Of a DNA stretch of 64,000 nt, positions 1-14,139 are shown piece by piece. The notes beneath the pieces are model-generated. The model saw nothing but the letters and a program-made list of their open reading frames with translations. It searched no databases and had not been told where the DNA came from. The position numbers and the translations under genes are program-made. This DNA comes from Epiperipatus broadwayi (taxonomy: Eukaryota > Animalia > Onychophora): assembly GCA_028023455.1 (NCBI GenBank), contig JAQFVV010000007.1, forward strand, positions 14,384,001 through 14,448,000. Reading direction: 5' to 3'. How positions within the stretch are numbered: the first letter of the stretch is position 1; the number at the start of each line of letters is the position of its first letter.

Positions 1-499
1 ATAGCTCTGCTCAAAACATAAATACTTTTCACAATTATAAAAAGCCTATCTTGCTACTCCTTAAATACAATTTATTATCAAACGATCATCAAAAATGGAA
101 AGAAGTTTAATCCAGTATGCTGTTTTTACATATATTTAAACAAATCAATGATATAATATAATATAAAATATCTCTTTATATAACAGCAATAATATATATA
201 ATAATAAATATACACAAAAAAGCAGTTTTTGGCAAATATTAATTGTTGCTTTTTTCAATATGCTTTAACTAATTTACAATTACAATCTATATTGCATACA
301 TAGCAACACCTATGTAATTATAACCTATTAAAACCATAGAATATATTTAATAGCTTAAAAATATTGTATGGATTTAATAGGTTATAGTTAAGATTACACC
401 TATATATGCAATACAGATCATAATTGTGGTATTAAAAACAAATAAAGTGAAAAAGATCCTAATATTAAATGGTAAAATTATTTAAAAAGAAGAAGTTGG

Positions 500-1415
500 C
501 AAAAATTGATAATTACAGAAAGAGAATGAAATTGAATAGTAAATTATTGAGGAAATTAATAAAAGTGAAAGAGATGGGAGTAAAAAAAAATGGAAATATG
601 TTAAAAGTATGAATGTAGAGCAAAGAGAAATTGCTTTACTAAATGACAAGAAAAAAGTGTACTTATAAAGAAGAATTAGAGAATCTTAATTAAGTAAGTA
701 ATAGGTATAGAAAAGATGCTAGATGTAAAGGACAGAGTGATAACAAAGACAAAAGCATGTAGTAGTGGAAATATTAGTTTTGCAGAAAATGAATTGAATG
801 AGATAGGGAAGAAGTTGAAAAGTAAAAGGGCAAGAGGTTTATATAGATGGACAGCAGAAATGATGATGAATTTGGGAAATAGTGCAAAATTAAATCTATT
901 ACTATGTTTTAATAAGATGGCACAGAATGCAGAATTACCATATCACTAGAATAATACAAGATGAGAATATTATTTAAAGGAAAGGGTAAGGACCATAGAA
1001 AGATAAACAATTATAGTCTGGTAGTGGTAAGAAAGTTTTTGCATATATGGTGCTTGGAAGGGTGGCAACATGGATGGAAAAAATAATATACAAAGAGAAA
1101 TACAATGAGAATTTAGAATTGATAGGCATATTAGGGAATAGTTTTCTTATAGTCACACAACTTATAGATATGAGTATGAGTACAGGTAGGCATTTATATA
1201 TAGTCTTTATAGATATAGAGAAGAGATATGATAGGGTAAATAAAAATAGATTATGGGTAAGTTTAGTAAATTTGGAAATGAATGGAGCTTTAATGTATCT
1301 TATTAAGAGATTGTATGAAAATAATTATTATAGATATCAGTTAGGAAATATTGAATCAATTGAAGTTAAAAATAGTGGGACTAAGGCAAGGATGCCTATG
1401 TTATCTATTTTGTTA
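500..1415 (+). mobile_element. Decayed APE-type non-LTR retrotransposon (LINE), N-terminal half of the RT domain
   Basis: ORFs 716-949 and 1047-1475 show RT motifs in order: ARGLYRWTAEMMMNLG (pre-RT), VFIDIEKRYDRV (FxDxxKAYDxV), and frameshifted GLRQGC at 1378-1395. Stops and frameshifts are present. 5' limit is approximate. Confidence 0.85.
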
Positions 1416-2248
1416 TTGAAGCAATGGATCCGGAAGTCCAATCCATGCTTCACAGCCTTCTATAAACCTAACTAATATTGTAGACCTGAATTAAGTTTAT
1501 AGTCCATTATCAGCAGGGTTTTGCATTAAAGCTAAAATTAATACGTTCATTTTGTTTACTTAACGGTATTTAAATTTGTATTTGCGTTAAAATATTTCTT
1601 TTAAAATAAATTCCATTAAGATTAAATTGCTATTAACATTTACTTTTAAAACTTATTAATCAAACATATATAAACGTCAAGCATATATATATATGATTTA
1701 ATGCAAAATTATGTTGAAATAAAATGTTATTTTGTTAAAAGAAATAATAAGATATTTTTCTTTATAAATTTTGTTTAAATATGGCTTATGATTTTATTTT
1801 AAGATAAGCCTGCCAACATTTCTAAAGGAATGGTATGTTTCAATTAGTTAGCCCATTCAAGGCAAACTAAAGATGGCCTTTTTTAATTAATACAAATTCA
1901 AAAGTTAAATACAAAAATCTAGAATAAGAAATTAAAATTTTATTTTTAGAAAAAGTTACCTTGAAACAAAGGAGCATAGGGGGCTTATTAAGATCTAAAA
2001 TTATATGCAAAACTATAGAAGGGTAGCTCCTGAAAAGGTATAAAAAGGAGAGGAGAACAAAAGACAGGGTTATTATGATTATTGTTTTTCTTCTTCTGTT
2101 TTTTTGCTTGCTGAGTTCTTATGCGTATTCGTGCAGATCCTACGTTTTAGATGATTTAGATTTTACTTTTAAAATCTCTTTCTGTTCTGCTGCTGGTTCT
2201 AGTGCTGTTTCTCCTGCTGTTTGTTCTTTGTCAGATTTTGGTTGTTAA

Positions 2249-2995
2249 CCTTTTAACCGCTAATTATATTATTGGTTGTATGAGGTAAAAATCAAATCTT
2301 TTAATTGGCCAACTCACAAACTGAAGACAAAGCCTATTGTTAAAACATATTCGCCTATAATATTAAATTCAACTCAGATACGTTTATAAAAAGTATATTA
2401 TTAATTTTTCAGGTTATGAAGAGAACGAAAGTTCTTTCAAAAATAAATTGCTATTTATTTATTCTAAAATATTCAATTTCGGCAACATAAAAGCTATAAT
2501 ATAAACAAAAAGATCGACTTTTATGTTATAGAAAAGTAAATATTTCTTTTTACTACAGCTTCAATATTTTTACAAAAATCTTCGATATTTTTCGAAAATA
2601 ATTTTGTTTTTTTAGTTTATTTTTTAAAAATTATTTTTAATTTGTCAAATTATACTTTTTTTAATACTTAAATCACATTCGAAATGAAAATCTCAGCGTT
2701 TATCTTTATTTTCTTTGATCAGGCAGTTTCTTTGTTTTTTCCAGCCAATCAGAATGTCTTTGTCGGCTGAGAACTGGCTGAGAGCCAATCACCAATAAGC
2801 TTCTTTCTTTGTTTAGCTTTAAATGCAGTTTTTTTTATTTTTTACTTGTAAAAGAATTTGGAAGAGGGCACCATCTTATAGAACTTTTAAAAACCTATTT
2901 AAAAACATATTGAACGAATATTTTCGTATAAAAACTCGCAGAGTTAGAGTGATGTCAGATGTCTACGAGGAGCCTCGTAAGAGGCGGGAAAAGGG
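2249..2995. mobile_element. Probable non-autonomous piggyBac-like element (~750 bp)
   Basis: TTAA at 2245-2248 and 2996-2999. Left end CCTTTTAACCGC vs reverse complement of right end CCCTTTTCCCGC (9/12). Subterminal palindrome TACGAGG-AG-CCTCGTA at ~2964-2979. No transposase ORF. Confidence 0.5.
2740..2800 (+). promoter_or_regulatory. Cluster of CCAAT boxes inside the piggyBac-like element
   Basis: AGCCAATCAG (~2743), AGCCAATCA and CCAAT (~2782-2796) lie within about 60 bp in a CpG-retaining segment. Motif match only. Confidence 0.3.
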
Positions 2996-4470
2996 TTAAA
3001 ATTGGAAATGTGTTTCTGAAATTATTATAGAGATTTCGCTTTTAAATTTTGTTCTTGAAGAAACTCTGCTGAAAATTGCAGAGATTCATTCTAAATTATT
3101 ATTCAAAGATTGACTCTGAAAGCATTGCAAAATCTATTTCAAAGAGTTCCAGCGATTTATTCTTATTGATCTGATTCCAACATGCGACTGGTTAAAAGTT
3201 ATACTAATTTGGTGGACGTGACCATGTTAGGCAGCTAGTCACAACAGCTTTGCCTGCCACTGGGGTCCTAAAAACCACCAAAATGCCATAACCTGTCCAA
3301 CAAATAGAAACCTGAACTGTAAGCCATGTCTGTGTGCTTCGCAATCAAATGCTGCATAATTTTGAATTCCTTGTCCGGACAAATCCCCACATATTTAATC
3401 AAGCCATCACATTGAGGGAACTCGATCCAAAGAATAAGGATTGGTAACTGTATGAACCTCTTCATGAACTATTACTTACCCTTTTTCTAAATACCTTTCA
3501 CTACTTATGTTTTTAATTCCTATTTATAATGTAACTGTTGTTCTTATTATATTAATATTAGATTTATCTTACTTTTATCATTTGATCATTTACTTATACT
3601 GAAATTTTTCCCCTTCACTATTTCTCATTTTAAAATGCATATAAATGTTTTTTTGTTTTTTTATTTGCAGTTTAAATTATTTTTTTCATTTGAAACTTAC
3701 CAATTTAAAATAATATCTGTCATCTGAGTAGTCATTAAATTTCCTTTTGTCTGCCCACTGGGTCTCCTTAATAATGCCTACTTTGTTTGTGTTCATTCCA
3801 CACTTAAATAAGAGTTACTTTTAAGAAATCTTTAAATATTTTCAAACTGTTTGTTTATAAAGCACAAAACAACTAGAAAATGCTTTGTGAAAAATTTATT
3901 TTAATTTGGCTTTGTTTAGGGGACACGAGTTGGTAATTTAATTTCATTTAAATTGGGAGAGTACAGTTTAGATAGCAAAAATGTTATGTAATTGCCCTCC
4001 GTCCTATTGTAAAGTTATATATATATATATATATAATCAATCGGGGAATAGCAGAGATAATTAAAACCTTTCAAATATTTAAAGTTCTGTTTTATTAAAA
4101 ATATGTTATTTAATCTAAAAGCTTAAGTCTTCTAATTTTATTTCAATTTCTGATTAGCTTAATCTGTTATATTGCTTGTCCAATGATCCAGGCATGCACA
4201 AACACATATTTCATATATTTTTATGCACATTTAACTTAGTTAGTCCCATAAGTGTTTCCGTCCATGTCTCTCCTGATGCTAAGCTTTGGGCGGGTGAGAA
4301 AATAATTTATGCGTATCTCAGATATGTTGTTTCATAGTTAGACTCAAGAATAGGTGATCTGGGCAGAGGCCATAGTATTCTTGATTCATATATCTCTTGT
4401 ATGTGTGGCCTTGAGGTACTTTCATCTAGTATTCGAACTGGGTTAAACCAACATACATCATCTGACTGGT

Positions 4471-5480
4471 ACATTGTAATTGAGAAATATTAAGAGAACA
4501 ATAAAAAGACTAGAAAGAGGGAGAGAGATACCATTAATAGATGGCAATGGAGTATATACATTATCAGATCTTTTGTTTTCTGGTGGTATCTTCTTATGCA
4601 CAGAAAATAGGAAAAATATGGAAGATATTTTGAAGATATGCACAAGAGTGGATAAGGAGATGGGGATTAAAATTAGTAAAGAAAAATCAAAAGTTCAGTT
4701 GATAAATGCTGAGAAAAGAGAAGAGAAACAATTTTTATTGTGGGATATAAAGTTAGTTGTGGTGAATAAGTATAATTATTTGGGAATCATTTTACGTAAT
4801 CAGAGAAATTGCATGGATGAATGGAAGAAAAAAATGATAAATGAAGCAAAGAAAAGAAAGGAACTGATAAAGAATTAATAATGTTTTCATATAATAAATA
4901 TGATGTAGCTAGAATTCTATGGAAGGAAGTGGCAGTCACAGGCTTAACATGTGGTAACAATGTGTTATGTGTTAATAAAAGAGTATTAGATTACTTAGAA
5001 AAACTACAAAGAGAATTAGGATGACATGCATTAATGCAGATATGTGGGAATCAAAGGAAGCAATTCAAGGAGAATGGAATGGTCAAGTTTTTATATGAGA
5101 GATGCAAAAAAGCAAGTTAAAATGTTCAGTAGATTCCAATTTATGAATAGTAAAAGAATAGGCAAAACAGTATTTAATTGAGTTGTGAGTTAATGTAAGG
5201 AAGGCATGGAAAATATTAGACATCTGCTAATTAAATATAAATGCTTACAAGCAGAAAGGATATAAATAATAAAGTTGTGGGAAAATAAATATAAAAGTCA
5301 TTGTACAGAAAGTGGGTTCTTGGTTTTTATGCTGAGTTTGGAAAAAGATAAGGGGGATCTAGATATAAAGGCCATCGAATAAACAAAAATGATGTGGAAA
5401 TGGGATAGAGCAAGATAGAGATGAATATGGAACAAACTTAGGTTGGGGAATGAAAAGAGAAGATAAATTGACTAACATGT
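4471..5480 (+). mobile_element. Same LINE, C-terminal half of RT plus downstream domain
   Basis: Resumes (N)IVIEK at 4471. ORF 4480-4878 has LSDLLFSGGIFL (decayed LLFADDIVL), MGIKISKEKSKV and YNYLGI. Broken frames then give ILWKEVAVTGLTCGNNVLC..LEKLQRELG. Motif order continues directly from 1415. Confidence 0.85.
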
Positions 5481-8400
5481 TTCTCCTGGCAAACTGACTT
5501 AGAGATTCCTTATTTCAATAAAGGAGAAGCCATAGCACATTGCACAGCATTGTAATTGTAAATTAGTTGAAACACATTGAAAAGGGCAATAATTAATATT
5601 TTCCCAAAGAGTTTTTTTGTGTATGATTATTATATATATATTATTGTTGTTATGTAAAAATATTTTACATTATATTATATCATTGATTTATTTAAATTTA
5701 TTATCAAATATCACACACTCTTACAAAATACATATTATGACTAAAATGATAGTTCAAATGTTAAAGCTTCATATTAGCTACATAAAAACGTGTAAGAAGT
5801 TATGACCTTAAACTTAAGCAACTGATGTATGTTACTATACTCAAAAGAAGAGTTTGTATCTCTCAAATCAGCACAAACTTCTGCAGGACCTACATTGATT
5901 AAATCATAATCCATAAATGTTATATACTACACTTTCCCTCTTTCAAACAATATTAGTTTTTCCTTTAATTAATATTTATGTCTTAAGAGCATGGGGTGAA
6001 TCACTTAGTGATTTTTAAACCAAACCCGTGAGCTTGCATTTAAGTCGGGGCTAAATTTTTCTTTCAGTTGTCATACCATAATAAAACCAAATTATCCATT
6101 CTGTTCATTGACCTAAATGATATAACAGTTATATTAAGATTTATGATAAATTTGAATTCTCAGTAAAAATTAAATATAAAAAAAATCTATTTTTATTCAA
6201 ATGATTCTATTGATATCATCTACTTTTTTTTTTACAAATCGTCATCATTAGATCCATTTCGTAAATAAATGTGGCTATTTTAACTCTAGGGGGAATAAAA
6301 TTGGTATATTTTTCCAAAAAAATAAATAATCCTCACAGATGGCTTAGCATGACAATACAAATTAAAACAACATGATAGATTTTTAGTCTCTTACAAATAT
6401 AAAAACTTTATTAAAAGCAAAACTTTATTAATATTAACAATAGTGTAGTGCTTAGCATACTGTTGACTAATAATCATCAAAATTGTAGCAATGCTTTTAA
6501 CAAGATGGCAGATTAAGTCCCTATTTAAAGCCTAAAAGTAGCATACTGTATGCATACTACATTAATTAGTTACAGCAAGCCACTTTTTGGAAAGGGAATG
6601 CAGGATTCTTTTCTATTGGTGGCATAATTGTCCTTGGAAATGTGCCAGGTTTCTTTTACCATTCATTTGGCATCATTGCATTTTGAGAAAACCCTGCTAA
6701 AACATGTGGGCTTGAATCAATGGGCAGGTTTAATGAAATTATCAAAAAAAAATTTTGTTTTTGAATGTGTTTTTTCCTGGTTATACATATATTTATGCTG
6801 AGACAATCAGGTGAACAGGTTAGCCTAAGATTCGCTACAGTAAACTTATGGGCACAAAGAATCCTGACATTTATTTTATATACAATTTAAAAATGAAGAT
6901 CCAGTGGTAGTATAATTTTGAATTATTGATTAACCAATACAAACAGGGAGGAGGACAGAGTCCAATTCAATAGGTGGGAGTGATAATTTTATGATTGGAA
7001 GAAACAGTTAAAGTTTAACATTGATGGTTAGGGATGGGTATCACATTTTATTTAATATTGTAAAATCTTGTCTTTTAAATTTTCTGCAAAAAATACTTTT
7101 TTTGAAAGACTTCAATACCTTTTTTTAAAATTCAATCTTTAGATTTTACTTTGAACATCTCTTAAGCTTACCTTCAAATAATAGACTTGTCCACACTGCA
7201 ATGTAACCAAGATCAGATTGATCAAACAATACAAATAACTAATGAAATAATAATGAAAGTAAATAAATATCTAATAACAAAATGGGCCAATGGAAGAACT
7301 AGATCAGTGAATCTGACTAATACCAGTACAGAAGAGAATCTTTCTTTTGTTATGAAAAATCCATTTGAGAGGGTAGACTGACAATATTAGATAATTGTCA
7401 AATGCTAAATGACAATAAGCTTGTTCTCCAATGTTTGGTAAAACTTAGTGAAACATGTTGAAACTATGAATAGGAATTAGCTAGGTATTGACATCATGAT
7501 ACCTGTACAAGTGTTAGAGTTCTAAAGAAGAGATTTAACACTCTCTCCCAATCTTTAGTTATGCCATTAGCAACTAAACATTTGCAATTCGCCAACCATA
7601 ATGGAGAAAAACTCCTGTACTTAAACTCACAGTAATAAAAATATAGATGCAACAGAAAGTTTTTAAGTTCAGCTTGTTGATGAAAATATAATATCTCTCT
7701 TCCATAAAATACTTTTTTTAAAAAAGATATCTTATAATTTTGTTCTTATATTTTTAGAATCTTACAGAATATTCTTAAAGAAAATTTTTCTATTATCTTT
7801 ATATTATTTTGATAGTGGTTGAGTTCTCATTTTTATATAATAAATCAGCAAAAATATTAGCTCTGTATACAAATAATTTAACTTAGTAGTTTGATCATAT
7901 GATATTTTATCATTAAATGCAAGCAGTAACATATTGCAGTATATTGCTCTTCAACATATATATCCATCCTTCTGCTTAAAAATAAAAATACCCCTCCCAT
8001 TGTTGATCAACTAAGAATTTGACCATTTTTAAGTGTTCTTACTTTCCATTAGAAGCATTAAACACAGTACTATGTAGATCATCTTTTTACATTGAAAAAA
8101 TAGCATAAATAAAACAGCATTTTATAAGTCAAGAAGGCAGAAAGATGAAATTCTTGTTTTTGCATTTAAAGCGTTTAATTTAAAAAGTTTACCATTAAAT
8201 GTTTATTGTATTTTCATGATTGCTTTATGAGATACATAGAATTTGTTCCAGCATATGGCAGAAAAGTTAGATGTAGTTCACATGTTTGTTGAATACCAGT
8301 TATTATTTGAAACTCCTTACTTTTTCACTAGCAATAATAGTGTTACCTAGCATTCAACACTCAGTTGTAAAATATAACAAACTTTGATAAATGACTAATT

Positions 8401-8974
8401 ATTTTCAAATATTGCTACGAAGTTGTTGGAACTATTGCTTGATTCATCAAATTTAGCTCTTTGTCTATATCCTGCCTATTTTATTTTACATATTTTGAGC
8501 ATTTATATTGTTTATACATCTCTTTAATCTTGTGCTATACATGAAACTATTTATCTGGTAATGATAACAGGTCACATTTCAGTGTGTGGACCTAATATGG
8601 TTTTCTCTTTCTATACATAATACCTTTAAAATGCTTTTTAAAAAGGTAGTGCTAAAACATCAACAATTTTATTTGGATGTAAATTATTTGTTCATTTTTC
8701 TCAATCTATCTCAATTATGTGAACATATTTGGAATAAACGTCAATGTTGATATATTTGAAATAATACAAAGTTGCTAAATTTCTTTTTTAAAAATTGCTC
8801 ATATATTAAGAAATATGTAATGGATACCTGCTTGAGCTGTAGGTTGGTCATCTGAAAAAACATTAATTGGCAACTCTTTAGCTATTTAAAATTTCAGCAT
8901 TACCTTTTATCAGTTAATGGTATGATAGTATAAATAATCAAATAGTTTATTGCTTGGGAGCTTATGAAAAATTG

Positions 8975-9055
8975 TAAAGCTGGAACCTGGTCGCCATCCA
9001 TAGACTTAAAGCTTCAGTGTCTCCTTTATCACTGAACCAAATCAGGCAGTGCAAA
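8975..9055 (-). mobile_element. Possible highly decayed tRNA-derived SINE
   Basis: Minus strand has A-box-like TGGTTCAGTGATAAAG and B-box-like CAGGTTCCAG at tRNA-like spacing. Confidence 0.3.
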
Positions 9056-12000
9056 CTTGAACTCTTTTTCAGACTAATTATTGTTATAAAAGTCGACTCC
9101 ATCCACAAACGACTGCATTGTAATATCTTTGATATTCTTACTTGTTAGTGATAAAAGAAAAGTGAAATATGTGTGATTAGCCATTACATAGACTATATCG
9201 TTAGTGGTATTTATTTTTTAAATAAAACCAAATTTAGCATGGTCATTTGCTTGTGATATAAAGTATTAACTGAATCCCAAATCTTAAGACGGAGCACAAC
9301 TGGCCAGACTAATTTACTTATATTATTTGTATTTGATAAACGAATTGGTGTGTGCTTCTTTAAATTGAAAATAAAATATAAAAAAAGATATTTTTTGTTG
9401 TTAAAAAAAAAAAAAAAACACTTATTACAAAAGAAAGAATAAAAAAAAAATTCATTGAATAAAATTGTGTTTGTAATAATAAAAAGAAACTATTGCTTGA
9501 AATAAATTGTATTTCTAAAAGCATTTCGGAACCCCCCCCCTCCCCATTTCTTCAATATTATGATGTCTGAATACACTTTGAGTGTAGAGACATCAGGTGT
9601 TTTTCTTCAAAACGCATTTTTCTCAATTGGAAAAAATGTAGTATGTTCTTCCACTATGATAGTTTCAAATAGATTTAATATGTGATTGTCAAGTTTTGTT
9701 TAATTCATTATACAAAACAATTTTTTTTATGTGATAACTGTATTTTTTGTGTTAGAGATAACACGTTAGTATTTTTAAATAAGTATTCTTTTAGTATTAA
9801 AAATTTAAATAAATCCAAGACATTAATAAAAATGGCATTTAGAGAAAGAAAACCATCTAGAAATAGATGCAAATATACGCATATTTAGCCAATATATAAT
9901 ATTGTTTATCATAAATTTGCCTGCTTAGAAATGTTCGAATTTTTTACTGTGGGGATGTATTTATAAAATTAAAACTTTTTCAAAATACATAACTTTGGCA
10001 TAGTGCTTGATCGTCCTTCCATTAGATGTTAAAGTGGATAAAAAACAATTCCTTTTTTGTGGCCGAGTAGTGTAGTAGTTACTGAGTTGACAACATAAGC
10101 ATGGCAATTCGAAGGCTTGTTATCTTTGACTCACTTGAATGGTGAAGAATATTCATTAAATGCTATACAGTGAGTGAAAATGGTTGGAATTCTGCACTGG
10201 AGGTTATATTAGATGTGAGGGGTTACAAGAATATACAATTACATGCACATTGTTGTTAGTTGTTTTAGTAATTGTGAGGTTTCTTCTAAACCAAGATGCC
10301 AGCCCATATTTTTGATAAGTGTACAGTTTCGAGGGCCTATAATCTACAAAGATGTGTTAGTTGTTAAATTAAAACAAAATTAATAAATCGATTGTTAAAT
10401 TAAAAAAAAAAAAAGAAATAAATTCTGATAAATTTTATTAAGAAGGTTTATTTTATTTTGTGTGTGTGTGTTTTGCTTATATTATAACATGGGAAACGAT
10501 GAGATGCTCTTAATCTTGTTGTATTTTGATTCAAAACAGTGTTTGTTTTTGTCAGCAGCTTTTTTGGTAAATTGTCATACTGATTAAAATTTAAGACTTT
10601 CTTGTCACAGAATGAGATGCAATAGACTATTTCCAAAGGTATGGGATAATGCCCTCATGAAAAGTGTGAATTAATGTCTGTGATATTTTTTTTCTGTTAA
10701 TAAGTTAATCCAAAAAATAAAAAAATTAACTGTAAATATTGGTAATAATTCTTCCACCATGATTTTTTTTAAATAACAGTAATAAAAAATAAGTATTAAA
10801 TATGACATTTCTAGCCCGCGTTTTTTGTAAACATTTTTTGCAGACCCCCAAAACTGTACATTTATCAAAAATAAAGATTACCATCTTGGTTTACTGGAAA
10901 ACTCACAAGTACTTTTTTGTTGTTTGCTGTAGAAGTCTGAATTTTATTTAGATTTATTATACCGTTTTTACAACTGCTTTATATATATATATAATAGTAA
11001 CTTACAGTTATTATTATTGGTCTAACGTGTTTTATCTCTTGTGAAATTATTTATAAATATAAATTTTTATTTGACTATTTTATTATGTAACATATATGTA
11101 CTATTTATATATACATTTAAGTTTTAAATAATACATACCTTAAGCTTTTGAGTAAAATGCCAGATTTGAAGTTAAGAATAAATACTTATATATTTTTTTT
11201 ATTTTATTATTAAATCTTAATGTCAGTGGAACAATTGATAGTTGAGTTAAGCATGAACTTGTATATAACACACGAGCAGATTCGTTCGTTCTCTTGATAT
11301 AAAAAAAAAAAAAACGAAAGAAAAAGAAAATCTTTTCTCTTTAAAAATAGCATTTTTTTTTTATCAATACTACTATTTAACGATTGGAATTTAAATATTA
11401 ACTTTTCCAAATTAAAATAATTTGTGGATTAAAAGTCTGCAAGGAAAATATATTTAATTTTCTACTCAATCTTAAAGGAATAGCAATATAAAAGAAAAGA
11501 ACATCTGTTTAAGTTTTTTGGAAACTACGTTGTTTTAATACTTTCGTGATTCTTCGGATATATATAAATTTAAGATAGTTATATATATATATATATATAT
11601 ATAGGATAAAACAATGTGTTTTGAGTAAAACAGCTTTATATTGTAAAGGTTTCGAAACCAACCTTGCATGCTATTTTAAAATATTTTGAAATATTGAATA
11701 TATAGAACGTCTAGTGATAATAGAGAAATGAAGATTAAGAACATCTACATTCGAAGAATATTTATTTTATTTCACATTAATCCGGTCATTGGATGTTATT
11801 AACAGTTTATCGTTTAAGGATAAATGGAATCATCATTGTACCAATGGATTGGTGATATGCTTCGTAAGAGATCTTCATTGGGATGATGAACTATAGACTT
11901 CAATATCTACTCTCAACTCTCTTATAAATAAGTTTCCTTTATTATTCATTTATATATATTATAATAATGCTTATATTATTTTAATATGTTTATTATTATT

Positions 12001-13182
12001 ATTATTATCTTTATTTCAAATTTGGCATCGCATCATATATATATCTTAAAAGGAAAATTATATTTATTATTAAATATAATTAATTGAAAGCTTAACATAA
12101 TTCATCAAATTAGATGAGGGATATAAAAAATAGTTATTATTTGACAGATATCTTAAACAGGATTATATTGTGTTTACTACGTAATATTGTAAACGTTTAA
12201 TGTATTTTTATTTATTAAAAATACATATAATATATAAGTTATACAATGGCAAATAATACTTATATATGGGTAATTGTGAAGCATATAAATAAGAACGATA
12301 AATAAATTAATAAGTTACATAAATTATTAATTTTTGAACCCAGATATTGTTTTTATATATCTGTTAATTTAAGCTATTTTCTTTAATTTTTGAAAGTTTA
12401 TTATAGTATTGAGTTTTATCATAGGGTATTAAATAAAAAAATATCATTTATTAATATTCTTTTAAAATGATAAAATTCATCCGTATTTATTTATTAATAT
12501 TTTATTATCTATTCTATTATATTTTTTATTGTTTATTAAATATTGATTTGTTAACGTGATCTCTTTGTCTAATCATTATTGAATTATATTATATATATGC
12601 TAGTATTATAAATATCATATGAATAATAGTTATAATTAATGCTTATATAAAGGCATATGAAATAACTTGTTTTGAAATTATTCCTGAAAAGAGCTAATTG
12701 CAAATTCTCCGTGAGTTTAAATATCGTGGCATAATGGTGACTGAAAGAGGGATGAAAGATGGATGACCTGGTCTAAATTGTATTTAAACTTATTTAAAGA
12801 TTATTGAGCTAGCATAATAAAGATATATATAATCATGGATTTAGTATTTCATCGATTCATTTCTAGCATTCTACTTGAAGACCCAAAGTCCGATTGTAGT
12901 GAAATGCGTATCCTCTTTCTAAGGAATTTAATCATCTCTTTATATTTAACAAGACCAACTTAGATTTTAAATATAATCCATTCTGTTATATTTGGCGAAC
13001 CTAACTATGAAGCATTAAGTTAATGATTTCTAAACATTAAATATAATTGATTATATTACAATTAATACATCAACTGGGATGATTAAATGCCGTTCCGTTA
13101 TATTTGGTGCCTCAATTAAGGCTATCAAATAGGCTGTCCCATTATAATATATATATATTGCTTTATATATATATATAATCAT

Positions 13183-13705
13183 TAAAACCAGTCAACAGTT
13201 AGACAATCGCAGTATCAATAACAATTAATAATCTCAACCTGTTGTTAAGGCAATCCTATCTTTATTTATGGCCCAGTATGTTTATACAGACACTAAAGAT
13301 TGTAATTCGATCACAGAGATTGAAATTATTGATACCAAAAAGTTCAAATAAACCTCCTTAAACAGGTAAATATAACCTGTTCTGAATTCAGATGAATAAG
13401 TAATCAATTATAACATTACAAGCTGCAATTATAATTTTCAAATTGCACTCAAAGTATTATTTAAATAATAAGTGTAATAATGCTGAAAGCTTAATGGGTT
13501 CATAAGCGATCATAAAAACAGTCAACACTTAAACAATCCCAATATCAATAACAATCAACCATCTCAACCTGTTGTCAAGGCAACGTCCTTTTAACAATAA
13601 AGGTGTAATCCCATCAACATTTATGGCCCAATTTATTTATATAAATACTAAAGATTGCAACTTGACCATAAAGAGGTGAATTATTGAAACAATGAAGTTT
13701 AAATA
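13183..13705 (+). repeat. Dispersed repeat family B (PLE pseudo-LTR-like), tandem pair with period ~330 bp
   Basis: CAGTCAAC..AATCTCAACCTGTTG(T)AAGGCAA..TTTATGGCCC..TAAAGATTG starts at ~13183 and again at ~13513. The same text recurs at 19.8, 21.9-22.5 and 47.7-48.3 kb. Confidence 0.8.
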
Positions 13706-14051
13706 TCTAATGTTATATTTAATGTTTTCACAGTTATATAATGGAAATAAAATATTTTTGGGGTTAAACTGGATATTATTTTCTATTAATTCTCAATATT
13801 TTGACAAAATAACATCTGTCATTGTCAAGGTCAATTTTTTAAATAAAAATGATTAAATCTCAAATAGGAACAAGATTGTGTGTTAGGTAACTAATGAGAT
13901 TGAGCGTGAAGTAGTTAAACATATAGAATATGTCAATTAATACAATGTTTATTTTCTTCAGTTTGGCCATTAATTGATTTCAAGTTTATATTAGAAGAAA
14001 GAGATAAAATAAGTGGTCTCTACAAGACTGGAATATGTTGTACTTCGTCAG

Positions 14052-14054
<3 letters not shown>

Positions 14055-14138
<84 letters not shown>
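14055..14138. repeat. (TA)~42 microsatellite
   Basis: Direct reading. Confidence 0.95.

Positions 14139-14139
<1 letters not shown>

Noticed and set aside
3220-3470. RQLVTTALPATGVLK (histone H3-like), a Cys/His-rich frame, and MLHNFEFLVRTNPHIF..DW before a GT
   Set aside because: Similarities are short, not extended, and interrupted by stops; no family can be assigned.
7170-8650. Faint L1-like RT motifs on the minus strand and a GTAAG donor at 7168-7172
   Set aside because: Motifs are too degenerate to separate from noise by eye; there is no open exon frame with a good acceptor.
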